A program made the position numbers and the translations under genes. This document shows, one piece after another, positions 41,019-53,934 of a DNA stretch of 64,000 nucleotides. The notes under the pieces are model-generated. The model saw only the letters and a program-made list of their open reading frames with translations, searched no databases and was not told where the DNA came from. Where the stretch lies: the NCBI GenBank assembly GCA_963840855.1, contig CAWJBB010000051.1, positions 1 to 64,000 of the forward strand. The letters are read 5' to 3'. This stretch comes from an uncultured delta proteobacterium (lineage in GTDB: Bacteria > Desulfobacterota > Binatia > UBA9968). Positions within the stretch are counted from its first letter, which is position 1, and every line of letters begins with the position of its first letter.

Positions 41019-42348
41019 ACTCGTTACCGATGTCGTTAACGCTAAAGACTTTGCGGAGCGATTCGACAAAGACCTGCGCTATAGTTTTGCTCGCAAAAGG
41101 TGGTTTATTTGGGACGGCAAACGCTGGGCCTTGGACGACTCCGGTGAAGTCGTGCGCAAGGCGAAAGCCTTTACGTCTGAGATTCTTGCAAGGGCTGCGG
41201 CAGAGTCCAACCACGAAAAACGCTTAAAGCTAATCAATCAGGCCAAGCAACTGCAAGCAGAAGGGAAATTGAGTTCAATGATAAGCTTGGCAAGGTCCGA
41301 GCTTCCGATTTCAATGGACTTGTTGGACGCAGACCCGTGGCTGTTAAACCTGAATAATGGAACCTTGAATTTGCGAACGAGCGAACTTCACGAACACAGG
41401 CGGGAAGACTACATAACAAAGTTCACGGCGATTGATTACATTGAAGGAGCAGAATGCAACAGGTGGCATCATTTCCTCAACACGGTTACAAAGAATGATT
41501 TGAGCTTAAAAAAGTATCTGCAAAAGGTCGTTGGATACGCTCTAACCGGAGATACTTCCGAGCAAGCATTCTTTCTCATGCACGGCGAAGGCGCAAACGG
41601 AAAAAGCACGTTCATTGAAGTCATCAAGGCTCTGCTTGGAGATGACTATGCTCGGGGTGTTCCGGCTGAAACGCTCATGGTTCAAGTTAATGATCGGATA
41701 CCAAATGACTTGGCCATGTTGAAAGGAATACGCTTCGCTTTTGCCGTTGAAACCGAACACGGCAAGCGTTTGGCAGAAGCAAGATTGAAGCATCTTACGG
41801 GCGGAGATGTTATCCCGGCTAGGTTCCTTCATGGTGAGTTTTTCGAGTACAAGCCCCAATTCAAGCTCTTTCTGGCAACGAATCATAAGCCGGAAGTTCA
41901 AGAGATGACTTTGGCTTTGTGGCGCAGAATCCGCTTGATTCCGTTCGACGTTACGATTCCACCGGAGAAGCAAGACAAGCATCTTGCGGAGCAGCTTAAG
42001 CAGGAATTTCCAGGGATTCTGAGTTGGGCCTTGCAGGGTTGCCGTATCTGGCAAACCGAGCGGGATTTGAAAGAACCCGAACGCGTTAGGACTGCCGTGA
42101 AGAGTTACCGTGAAGAAATGGACACGATTCAGCAGTTTCTTGAGGATTGTTGCGCGCCGGAGGCAAGCGAGCAAGTGATGTTTTCAGAACTCTTTGAAGC
42201 CTATAAGGAATGGGCAAAAGTGCACGGTGAAAAGCCGATTTCCTTCAAGCTCTTTGGAAAGCGTTTGAGTGAAAAAGGCTTCAGAGCGGATAGGAACCGC
42301 GCCGGAGCCATCCGCCACGGATTGCAATTCCGCCGGTTAGCAGCATAA
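40996..42348 (+). CDS. P4/D5-family (SF3) replication helicase; no separate primase domain visible
   Basis: WFIWDGKRW, LNLNNGTL (D5_N), GEGANGKST, LTGGD..ARFLH, TNHKP, WRRIRLIPF. Confidence 0.92.
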   Translation: MNNLEIPKLVTDVVNAKDFAERFDKDLRYSFARKRWFIWDGKRWALDDSGEVVRKAKAFTSEILARAAAESNHEKRLKLINQAKQLQAEGKLSSMISLARSELPISMDLLDADPWLLNLNNGTLNLRTSELHEHRREDYITKFTAIDYIEGAECNRWHHFLNTVTKNDLSLKKYLQKVVGYALTGDTSEQAFFLMHGEGANGKSTFIEVIKALLGDDYARGVPAETLMVQVNDRIPNDLAMLKGIRFAFAVETEHGKRLAEARLKHLTGGDVIPARFLHGEFFEYKPQFKLFLATNHKPEVQEMTLALWRRIRLIPFDVTIPPEKQDKHLAEQLKQEFPGILSWALQGCRIWQTERDLKEPERVRTAVKSYREEMDTIQQFLEDCCAPEASEQVMFSELFEAYKEWAKVHGEKPISFKLFGKRLSEKGFRADRNRAGAIRHGLQFRRLAA

Positions 42349-44590
42349 ACCCGCGACGCTGTGAACCATGTGAATGATAGAAACCCTTTTCCGGTTTTTT
42401 CCTATATAGAAATCTCTTATAGCGAAAAACCGAGATTCAATTCTAACGTTCACAACGTTCACGGACCCAAAGCAAAACCGGATTTTGAGGTTTGAGGATC
42501 GCGAGATCGCTATCCCGCGAAGGCGGACAAGCGGGCGCGCACGAGTGCCTCGTGTCCGCCAAAGGCTCGGCCAACAGCGCCAGGGGGAATTTCTCCTTCG
42601 CTCCGCGCGCTGGCCAGGCCCAAGACAACTACAGAAGGGAGAACAACGGAAGGAATATGAACATGTGAAGCAGAAGCAGCAGGTAGAAATGGAAGAGGAG
42701 AGCCAAGCGGACACCGGACGCCAAAGCGGAGGGGAAGGTGCGGCACCCGCGCAGGGCCGCGCGAAGACGCACGCAGGAGAGAAGGCCAAGAGCGCCAAAA
42801 GGCCCGGAGATGGCCGACGGAACGAAAGGCCGCTGTGCCGTAGGGAGATCCCCCAGCGAACACAACGCATAGCAAGATGCGCCAGGGGCAAACGAAGACA
42901 CAGGCACAGCGGGGGAGCAAGGACAAGGGCGCGGAGGTGAGAACCGAAGTTCGAGGATGTCCGGGACTCAACCACAGGAACCAGACTGAAGGCGATTGCA
43001 TCAGTGGCTTGTGAAAAGTGCCGACATGGGCGTGGTCGAACACATCGAGGGTTGATGTTACCTTGAAAACGAAGGGAACGGGACGGTGATGTAAAGCGGA
43101 CCAAAGGCAATGCTCTGGGTGGGGTTGGGCTGGGCTGGGCGCCTATGTCAGCGCTATGTCAGCGGCCATCAAGCGGCCACTCCCAGCCCCACGCCCCCCA
43201 GCGTCGCACATCGACACATAACACTAGCAAAGGAGACCTTACCATGAAGAAAATCAACTTAAGGAAACGAAATAGCCGTATCGCAACGCTGGCAACATCG
43301 AAGTCCTGAAGAACTCCCTGCGTCGAGCGTTGCCGCAAAGATCGGCACCGCAAAGGCCGTTCAGGTCGCCCAGTACGATGACAAGAAATGGCTCAGTCCG
43401 AACCCGTGGACTACGAAACCGGAGCACAAGGCTTACAGGATTGATCAAAATGATGACCCATGAAGCGCCAGTGGGCAAGTAGGGTTGCCGTTGGTGCTGG
43501 TGAGAATCGCAGAGCTCGGAAGCGGCGGGGAACTATCCCGATGTTGCGCGGAGCTTGCCGCTGTTGGTGGTCAGATGGCCATGACGCAGAGCAAGCCGAG
43601 CTCAGCAGAGAAGGCCCAAGCGCGTGAGCTTGAAGCCAAGAAGGCCCAACTGAGGCGGAGAAAACCGCTCCCCAAGTCCGTGCCCGAGCGGAAATGACAG
43701 CATCAGAAATGACAAACCAACCCCTCCAGAACGCACTCAAAGGTGAGAAGGCTGCCACGGAACACGTACAGCGGCTCTATGAGCAGGTGAACCCTCGCGG
43801 GTTGCACGGAGATGGCCCACGGCACGCGGACAAGCCCCGTGATGAACCGCCCTCTGCCACCCCCTGGGGCTTGAGCTACGGACACGCGAGGGGGGATGAC
43901 AAGCGCAAACCGCAGCTGAGGAACGCCTGGAGCAAGGTCTATATGGCGAGAAGACGAATGTGGCCCTGGAGCCAACATGGAGCGACGGCTACGGCGAACA
44001 AGCGCCGGGAGAGAACCACACCGTCGAGCGTACAGACCTGCGCGGACCAACCTGAGGGCCACAAGGTCGCCATACTGTGACAACCGGCGCCACAACCGAG
44101 GCACGGCACTGCACAACAGCCAGAACACGCGGGACGCTGTAGCCAAAAGAGGCACAACATGAGCGCAAAACGCAGCCCGGGCACCGTACAGCGGAGAGAA
44201 CCTCTGCGTAACCTCAAGGGGGGCGCCAATGCCGAGCGTGTGGGCGAGAACGTAACCTGAACAAAACCAAAGCGCCCGCCGCGGCCTAGGTGCTAGCGAC
44301 GGCGAGGGCGATAAGGTCAAAAGGAACACACCGCCCAGCGGTCGCGTGGGCCCGAGAGCCCCCACGTGCCGCTCTAACTCTTGACGCAGACGTCCCGTCC
44401 CTGCGCAGACGTGCAGTCATACCTGCCGCTGTGCTCAAGCTTCTGCATAATCAGACGCGCCATCACCGGCGCTGTCAGCGCTAAGAGAATCACCACCGCT
44501 AGAGCTTCATACGCATCTCCCGCGATTCGCTGGCAGACTAGCCCAACGTGATAGATCGCTAGAAGTTAACAAAAGGGGGAAGAGGAAAAT

Positions 44591-44666
<76 letters not shown>

Positions 44667-44677
44667 ACAAGCTGGTA

Positions 44678-45541
44678 TCAGTCAGCGAATGATCGCAAGT
44701 ACTCGGTTACTTTATCTTTTAGATCGGGCCTTTTCAACGCATAGGCAACCGTGGCGCGCACGAAGCCGAACTTGTCGCCGATATCGTAGCGCTCGCCGGC
44801 GAAGACGCAACCGAACATTTTTCTCCGGCGCGCCAGCTGCGCGAGCCCATCCGTTAATTGAATCTCGCCGCCCCGTCCCGGCGGTTGCTTTTGCAGGATC
44901 TCGAAGATCTCCGGGCGCAAAACATACCGTCCAATGATTGCCATTCGCGAAGGGGCTTCGCTGGAGACGGGTTTCTCGACCGTTCGTTGGATCTCATATA
45001 TTCGCGGTTCGATTTCTTTGCCCTCGATAACGCCGTATTGATGTACCTCCTCGAGGGGTACTTGCAACAAAGCGATGACCGATTCCTCTTTGCGGTTAAA
45101 AATATCCACCAGTTGCCTGACGCACGGAACTTCGCTGTCCACCAGATCATCCGCCAACATCACGGCGAAGGGTTCACTGCCCACCAGATCGCGCGCGCAA
45201 AGGACCGCATGTCCCAAACCCAACGGTCTTTTCTGACGCACCGAAACCACTTCGATCATTTCCGCGATCCGGCGCAAAGCCTTGACCATCTCGGTATTGC
45301 CGCGGTCGGTGAGAATCTGTTCCAGCTCGGGGGCCTCGTCAAAATGGTCTTCGATGGCGTCCTTGCCCCGTCCTGTGACGAAAATAATCTCCTCGATGCC
45401 CGCGTCCACCGCTTCCTGGACGACGTATTGAATCGACGGTATATCGACGATGGGCAATAACTCTTTGGGCACGGTTTTCGTCGCAGGGAGGAAGCGGGTT
45501 CCTAACCCGGCGACCGGTATGACGGCTTTTTTGACTTTCAT
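44678..45541 (-). CDS. galU: UTP-glucose-1-phosphate uridylyltransferase
   Basis: KKAVIPVAGLGTRFLPATK, GLGHAV, VEKP, EIQLTD. Confidence 0.97.
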   Translation of the reverse strand: MKVKKAVIPVAGLGTRFLPATKTVPKELLPIVDIPSIQYVVQEAVDAGIEEIIFVTGRGKDAIEDHFDEAPELEQILTDRGNTEMVKALRRIAEMIEVVSVRQKRPLGLGHAVLCARDLVGSEPFAVMLADDLVDSEVPCVRQLVDIFNRKEESVIALLQVPLEEVHQYGVIEGKEIEPRIYEIQRTVEKPVSSEAPSRMAIIGRYVLRPEIFEILQKQPPGRGGEIQLTDGLAQLARRRKMFGCVFAGERYDIGDKFGFVRATVAYALKRPDLKDKVTEYLRSFAD

Positions 45542-45546
45542 GGGAT

Positions 45547-45912
45547 TTAGATTGCCCGCTTGGCTTTCTTTTCTTGGACTTCTTGGCTCGATTTGCATTC
45601 GATACAGAAAGTAGTTACCGGGCGAACTTTGAGCCGTTCGATACCGATCGCTGCCCCGCACTCTTCACAGATGCCGAACTCTCCGTCGTCGAGCCGCTGC
45701 AACGCCTCTTGAATCTTGAAGATCAGCTTTCGCTCCCGGTCGCGAATGCGCAAGACGGAATTGCGGTTCGATTCCATGGTTGCGCGGTCACTGGGGTCCG
45801 GAAAGTTTTCGTCTTCGTCCATGTTCTCCACGGTTTTGCCCGCTTCGGAACGAAGCTCCTTGATCCGCTGGTTGAGGAGATTGCGAAAAAACTCGATGTC
45901 TTTTTGTTCCAT
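45547..45912 (-). CDS. dksA: RNA polymerase-binding protein DksA
   Basis: DPSDRATME coiled-coil tip; CEEC..CIEC Zn finger. Confidence 0.93.
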   Translation of the reverse strand: MEQKDIEFFRNLLNQRIKELRSEAGKTVENMDEDENFPDPSDRATMESNRNSVLRIRDRERKLIFKIQEALQRLDDGEFGICEECGAAIGIERLKVRPVTTFCIECKSSQEVQEKKAKRAI

Positions 45913-46023
45913 GGACGGCTTGGCCTCCCGGTGTCCGAAGCCAGAGCTTAACACCAGAAGTAATTCAAGTAAATCGGCTATTCGCTAAACCTATGACTAA
46001 AAGCCGAGGAAAGAAAACGCAAC

Positions 46024-46842
46024 TCAATCGCCGAACAGCGCGCTACGCGGATGTTTGAGCACGAAGACTTCGGTGGACTTCGGCAATGCGGTGCGACTCA
46101 ATGTGAGCTGCGAGCCGCCGATTTTGCGCACGGGATAATGTTCCTTGGCGAACGCGGCGAACAATTCTCCCTGGTTCACGACATCGTAGTGCATGGGAAT
46201 CACGATGGGCGGTTTAACTTGCGCGATCACTTTGAGGATATCTTCGAATCCGAGGTTGGTCATGGCGTCGATGGGAATCATCATGACATCGACCCGCTGC
46301 AGCACCTTTTCCTGCTCCGGCGTTAGCAAGTGGCCGATATTGCCCAAATGTGCGATGCACAAACTTCCCATTTCATAGATAAATATGGAATTGGCGACTC
46401 CACCCCACCCCGCTCCTCTCTGGCTCGGAATGTTAACGATGGTAATGTCTTTAACGCTGGTGCGAATGGGATTCCAGGTCTGGCGAAACGTGATGCCGCG
46501 GAGAATCACCGGGTTGCCGGTGACGGCGCCGGTATTGTTGTGCGTGAAATGATCGTTGCTGACCGTGACGGCGTCGGCCTGGATGCCCGGCGTCACGTTG
46601 AAATTGGGGTCGGCGACGACTTTGGTTTGGCTCCCGGAGTGAATTAAAAAGCTCGAATGGCCATACCATTGTATGAAGTAGTCGCCCAACGCCAGCCCCC
46701 TCCCGCCCGGGCGCGCCTGAACCAATTGCCGCCCGCGTTCGAAAAGCCGGACCAACGACGGGTTGCACACCGCCTGGGCAATCTCGCGTAGCAAGAACAG
46801 GAATCCACCGGCAAGCATGACGATAAATCCGCGCCGTTTCAT
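46024..46842 (-). CDS. Exported MBL-fold hydrolase-like protein
   Basis: MKRRGF Tat-like signal, GHSSF, VSNDHFTHNN (degenerate HxHxDH), IPMHY. Confidence 0.8.
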   Translation of the reverse strand: MKRRGFIVMLAGGFLFLLREIAQAVCNPSLVRLFERGRQLVQARPGGRGLALGDYFIQWYGHSSFLIHSGSQTKVVADPNFNVTPGIQADAVTVSNDHFTHNNTGAVTGNPVILRGITFRQTWNPIRTSVKDITIVNIPSQRGAGWGGVANSIFIYEMGSLCIAHLGNIGHLLTPEQEKVLQRVDVMMIPIDAMTNLGFEDILKVIAQVKPPIVIPMHYDVVNQGELFAAFAKEHYPVRKIGGSQLTLSRTALPKSTEVFVLKHPRSALFGD

Positions 46843-47399
46843 CGTTCCTCCTCGATCACCAGCGCGGTGAAGCTGGAGATCATCGTCGCCGGGTCTTCCC
46901 AAGCGTTTTTTTTCAAGCCGGCCTTGCGGCAGACTTGCTCAAGAAAAGTTTGCATGTCCCAGCCATGTTGCACCGCCACCTGCGGCAAGAGCACACCCCG
47001 GCGGCCCCTGGACGTGATGTAGAGCCCATGCCTGCCCACTTGGAGCGCCAGGGGATTTTCGGCGCGCTCAAGCGGCGATAGAATGGAAATATCGATCTTT
47101 ATCGCCGCAAGCTCCGCCGCGCGCACCGGCTCCATGCGGTGATCGCGCGAAGCCGCAGCCTCGGTCATCTCGATAACAGTCTCATACAAACAACGATCCG
47201 GGGTACAACTGCCGATGCAGCCGCGCAACTCGTTAATTGCGTGGAGACTCACGAAAGCGCCGTAGCGGTCCGCTCTGAGATAAGGGTCGCTTATCTCTTC
47301 GGAGCGCCGGCCGACGCCACGCACGAAGTCTTCAAGCGTCCGGCGCGACAGTTGGAGAAGCCGGCGTTGCGACTCGGGAGGAATAGCAATCTCGCTCAT
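46839..47399 (-). CDS. AMMECR1 / AmmeMemoRadiSam protein A
   Basis: LRGCIG, ISILSP, GVLLPQVA, CRKAGL. Confidence 0.92.
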   Translation of the reverse strand: MSEIAIPPESQRRLLQLSRRTLEDFVRGVGRRSEEISDPYLRADRYGAFVSLHAINELRGCIGSCTPDRCLYETVIEMTEAAASRDHRMEPVRAAELAAIKIDISILSPLERAENPLALQVGRHGLYITSRGRRGVLLPQVAVQHGWDMQTFLEQVCRKAGLKKNAWEDPATMISSFTALVIEEER

Positions 47400-47423
47400 G
47401 GCTTTCCCGTTACATCGGCCGGC

Positions 47424-47453
47424 ACTATACCGCCACCAAGACGCTGATGGCAA
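47424..47453 (-). promoter_or_regulatory. Putative sigma70 promoter of the AMMECR1 gene
   Basis: Minus strand TTGCCA-18 nt-TATAGT, just outside the IS21 end. Confidence 0.55.
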
Positions 47454-47598
47454 GATAGGGCGCAGCCTGGCGATTCGGAACGTACCCACCCAATTTCAAC
47501 GAGGGACCCACCTGATTTCACGGAGGGACCCACCCTTTCAGGTGGTACTTCGTTTTCTGAGCTAGCGAGACGAGCTATTGGCATGGAGGAGGTAGTTG

Positions 47599-49067
47599 AT
47601 GGCAGAGAGGAGCGTTCGTTGCAGCGCATCATTCTGTCGACAGGGCTTCCATTCGCAGCTCGCCGGATACTGAGGCTTTCGCGCCGAACCGTGCGCAAGT
47701 TCTTGGAACCAGCCCAAACGACTTGAGATCGGCGGCTGGATGGAGACGCTTGACTGGGAGTATGTCGCAGGAGTCTATGGCAGGGACCACGGTCAAGCAG
47801 ATCAGAGGGAGTGGCCGATATCGCGTCGTAGTTTTGGCGTTTCGGGAGAAGGTCAGTGCGCAGGCCTCACCCGATCAGTGACGTCGGCTCGATCATAAGC
47901 CCGCGGAAAAAACCCAGATCGATTTCTGTGACGGTCTGTTTCTCACCGACCGGTCACGGCCATAAACTCTCACACAGTTTTTCTTAGGCGTGTTGCCGTT
48001 CAGCTCGTATTTCTTCGGCGAGTTCGTTCTAGATCAAAAGCTTGCCACGTTTATCGGGGTCCAGAGCCGCATGTTCGCCTACTTTGGTGGGATCACCCCC
48101 TACGTGGTCGTGGACAATCTCAAAAGCGGTGTCCACAAGGCCGATCTGTACGACCCCGATGTCAATGCCACCTACTGTGACTTTGCCAATCACATGGGCT
48201 TTGCTGTTCTGCCGGCCAGGCCCCGAAAGCCCCGCGACAAGGGCTCGGGAGAAAGCCACATCGGAGTGGTCCAAAGGAGTTTTTTCCAGGAGGTCCGTAA
48301 CCGCGTCTTTTATTCGCTCCCCGAGCTCAATCAAACGCTGCGGGACTATCTACAGCGGCTCAACTACGAAGTGATGAAAGACTATGGGGTGAGCCGCTCC
48401 CAGCGCTTCGCTGAAGAGAAAAAGCAGTTAAAAGCCCTGCCGGCTTCGCCTTCGAGCTCAGCGAGTGGCGGCAAGCTAAAGTCCATCCCGACTGCCATGT
48501 CCAGGTGGAAAAAAACTTCTACTCGGTCCCCTTTGTTTACGTCGGCCAAATAGTCCGGGTCAGACTCACGGAGAAAATCGTCGAACTCTTCAGCGAGGAC
48601 AGCCAATGCCTTACCGCGCACCCAAGACTTAGGGGCATCGGACAGTTCTCCACCTATGATTTCCATTATCCAGAAAAAAAGCTTAGCGTAGCGCGCTTCG
48701 AAATCCGTCACGCCCAACAGCAAGCCAAACAGGTCGGCCCCCATGTCGAGAAGTTGGTCGACCAGCTGCTCTCGGGCCACCATCCGCTGCGCCATCTACG
48801 GCGGGTCCAAGGGATCTTGCGGCTTTCAAAACGCTATCCCGTCACCCCTCAAGCTCTGGACCACGCCTGCCAGCGCGCCTGAGCTTCAACAAAACACGGC
48901 TCGCCTACATCAAAGACTGCGCCCTTTACTTTGTCGCCCACGGTCAAAGACCGACGCTGCTTACCCCAAAGAGAAAGCCCGATACCGTTCATCTGCACCA
49001 ATACGGCGCCGATTCGGACTCGGATCCAGAACCGTCCTTGCCTTCGGTGGAGGAGGAAATCCTATGA
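47599..49067 (+). CDS. istA: IS21 transposase IstA; multiple indels
   Basis: QIDF, FGG..VVDNLKSGV, PARPRKPRDKG..E, NFYSVP. Confidence 0.88.
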
Positions 49068-49237
49068 GCACGAGCTTAAAATCCAGCCGCAAAGCCATTT
49101 TTAATCATCCAGACAAGCAAGCGGGAAAAAACGGCCTCCGTATAAGCCCTATAAACGACGATCTCGGCTCGGTTGATACCTGGGGTTCCCCCAAAAACAG
49201 CCCTTTCACCAAGAGGTCGCACCACCATGATGCTTGA
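49064..49237 (+). CDS. Small ORF between istA and istB (57 aa)
   Basis: RBS GGAGGAGG; ATGA overlap with the istA stop; its own stop overlaps the istB start. Confidence 0.45.
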   Translation: MSTSLKSSRKAIFNHPDKQAGKNGLRISPINDDLGSVDTWGSPKNSPFTKRSHHHDA

Positions 49238-49996
49238 TCAAGTCAGAGCCCTCTCGCACCAGATGCGCCTGTTCGGCATCCATGAAGCCTGCGAACGACA
49301 AGCCCAGATCGCTTTGTCCCAGCAGTTCCATCCCCTGGAGTTCCTCCGACTCCTGCTCGAAGATGAACTGTTGTCGCGCAAAGACCGTACCGCTAAGGCG
49401 CTCATGACCAAGGCCCGCTTTCGGTTCCGCGCCGATCTGGAAGACTTAGATTTAGCGTTCCACAAGGATCTGACCAAGGCTAAGATCAAGAGCTCTGTGA
49501 ATTAAACTTCCTTCATAACCAGGAGAATCTTTTGATCCTTGGAAAAACCGGCCTGGGTAAAACTCATCTCGCCATTGCCTTGGGTAAACGGCTGTGCCAG
49601 GAAGGCCATCCCACTCAGTTCTTGCCAGTCAACTTCCTGTTCGAGGAAATCCAGGCCGCCAGGGCCGCCGGCCGTTACCTCAACTACATCCGTAGTCTCA
49701 TCAAGGCCAAGGTTTTAATCCTCGATGACTTAGGGCTAAGAAACTACACCCACGAGGAGGCCACTTCCCTGATGGACATCCTCGAAGAGCGTTACCGCAA
49801 GGCTCCCCTCATTGTCACCTCCCAGGTCGAGCCCCAGGGGTGGATAAAACTGTTTGAAGATCCGGTGATCGCCGAAGCCATTGTGGATCGGCTGATTCAT
49901 CCATCTCAGAAAATCACTCTGAAAGGAGAGAAATCCTATAGAGAAAAACTTGCAGAGAAAAAATCGGGATTGAAAAACCAGGGAGGCTCAGTGTAA
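49227..49996 (+). CDS. istB: IS21 helper ATPase IstB; one indel near 49495
   Basis: KARFR, GKTGLGKTHLA, LILDDLG, AEAIVDRLIH. Confidence 0.92.
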
Positions 49997-50099
49997 AAGT
50001 CAAAATCGCTTCGTCGCTTCGCTCCGCTGATTTCAGTGGTCCCCTTCGTTGAAATCGGGTGGGTCCCTAAAGTGAAATCGAGCAGCAGCCCTGGCACCG

Positions 50100-50480
50100 T
50101 TAGTTGCCGCACTTCTTGCAGCGCCCGAAAAACGCCAACTGGTGCGATGTCACGGTGAAGCCCTCGTCGGGCAGCCGGCTCAGTAACCGTGTTTCACGGG
50201 AGTCAAGGAGGAGATCGTAGACCTGCGCGCATTGTTCGCAAATGAAATGCTGGTGCGACCGCACGAGCGGATCGAAGTGTTGCGCGCGCCCGAGAGTCAA
50301 CACTTGCAATTTGCCTTCACCGACAAGCTTTTGCAGATTCCGGTAGACAGTTGCCAAGCTGACGTTTGGCAGTTGGCAACGGACTTTGAGAAAAATCTGA
50401 TCCGCGGTGGGATGAGAGGTCTCATCCTTGACGGCTTGCCAAATCACTTCAAACTGTTTGGTATTTCTTTGCTGCTGCGC
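50100..50480 (-). CDS. Fur/PerR-family regulator; no ATG for the conserved N-terminus
   Basis: RNTKQFEVIW, HPTAD, SLATVYRNL, HQHFICEQC, CKKC. Confidence 0.85.
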   Translation of the reverse strand, partial: AQQQRNTKQFEVIWQAVKDETSHPTADQIFLKVRCQLPNVSLATVYRNLQKLVGEGKLQVLTLGRAQHFDPLVRSHQHFICEQCAQVYDLLLDSRETRLLSRLPDEGFTVTSHQLAFFGRCKKCGN

Positions 50481-50729
50481 CCTTCCTCGAAACGCGCTTG
50501 AATCTTCCGCGTTCCTATCTTGAGAACCACGGCTTCGTCGACGCCCAAGAATCTCAGCAACTCATCCCGCAGATAGGAAGTCGGCTCCAAGACCGAAAAG
50601 CATCTCACCCATGCCCATCAACATGGCCCGTTTCCTTCCACCAGGCGCACTAGAGTCGAGCGGTGCTACTGGTCAACGAGCACTCGGCGAGCACTGCTAA
50701 ACATTCACTGGTCCGCGCCGTAGCGGGGA

Positions 50730-51196
50730 TCAGACGGCGCAGGTTGCGCAGAGGCCGTAGAAGTCCAGGCGATAGCCGCTGATCTGGTAGCCCATCTGGT
50801 CGGCGACCTCCTGGACAGACGGCCCAGCCGATCCAGCCTGACGTCGTCGATCCGGCCGCAGCCCGTGCAGACCACGTGCGGGTGAGCGCTGGGCATGTTC
50901 GCGTCGTAGCGATTCGGCCCCTCGCGGAACTCGAGCTCGAGCACCTCGCCTGCGGCCTTCAAAGTGTCGAGCGTCTTGTAGACAGTGGCCCGGCTCATCA
51001 TCGGGTATGCGTCCGATACCCGATGGAAGAGCTGCTCAGCGCTGGGATGCTCGCCACCCTCCACCAGTGCGCGCACGACAGCGTAGCGCTGCGGCGTCAG
51101 TCTATGTCCGCGCTCGCGCAACCGGCCCACGATTTCATTCACGCGGCTAGCCACGACGCCGATTTGTGGAGAATGAGTCGCCATAAGTATTGACAT
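50730..51196 (-). CDS. PerR/FurA-like regulator divergent from katG; one indel near 50815
   Basis: RLTPQR, HPSAE, ATVYKTL, HPHVVCTGC; corrected C-terminus LDFYGLCATC. Confidence 0.88.
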
Positions 51197-51311
51197 TCTT
51201 TACTGTCGGTTGTAGTTCACGTTAATAGAACTTAGCGGCTAGTATAGCAAATGCGCGAGGGCCATGCCGCTGGACCTCGATGCGGCCCCGGGCGGCGCAA
51301 ATCAGCGGTAA

Positions 51312-53574
<2,263 letters not shown>

Positions 53575-53703
53575 ATTTAGCGACAACGTCATCGAGAGGT
53601 TCCTAAGCGTGTTCTGAATTGCATATTGGATGATCAGGATGCCATAGAATCTCCATAAATTAACGCGAGTCCCTTACACTCAAGGAAGCGGTGAGCAACA
53701 ATG

Positions 53704-53745
53704 AGGGCGGTGTTTCAAAACAATCTGAAACATCGCCCTTTTTTT
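53704..53745 (+). terminator. Intrinsic terminator downstream of katG
   Basis: AGGGCGGTGTTTCA-loop-TGAAACATCGCCCT followed by a T tract. Confidence 0.75.
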
Positions 53746-53934
53746 GGCCCTCACTCTGCTGGTCACAGAATCGGAGCCAGGCTCCGCACTGCTCCAGACG
53801 CACATCAGGCGGGCGTTAACCTTACACCCTGAGATTGGATTGTATTGTGTATTAATCTCATAAACGGAATGGCACTGAGAGGCGGTTATGTCGTAGTGGA
53901 TATGACACAAGACCGTCAGGAAAGGAGCCATTCA

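Larger units (their letters stand above)
47468..50084 (+). mobile_element. IS21-family insertion sequence (2.6 kb)
   Basis: TG...CA ends, GCAGCC TSD (47462-47467 and 50085-50090), repeated ~22-bp ACCCACC-ATTTCA-GGG subterminal units, istA/istB. Confidence 0.93.

Noticed and set aside
42337-44484. Individual ORF-track calls in the right part of the element
   Set aside because: Mutually overlapping, compositionally biased and motif-free; none can be supported as a gene without polishing
47484-47550. ~22-bp repeats read as a mini-CRISPR
   Set aside because: No spacers, and inverted copies occur at 50030-50084; they are IS21 subterminal transposase-binding repeats
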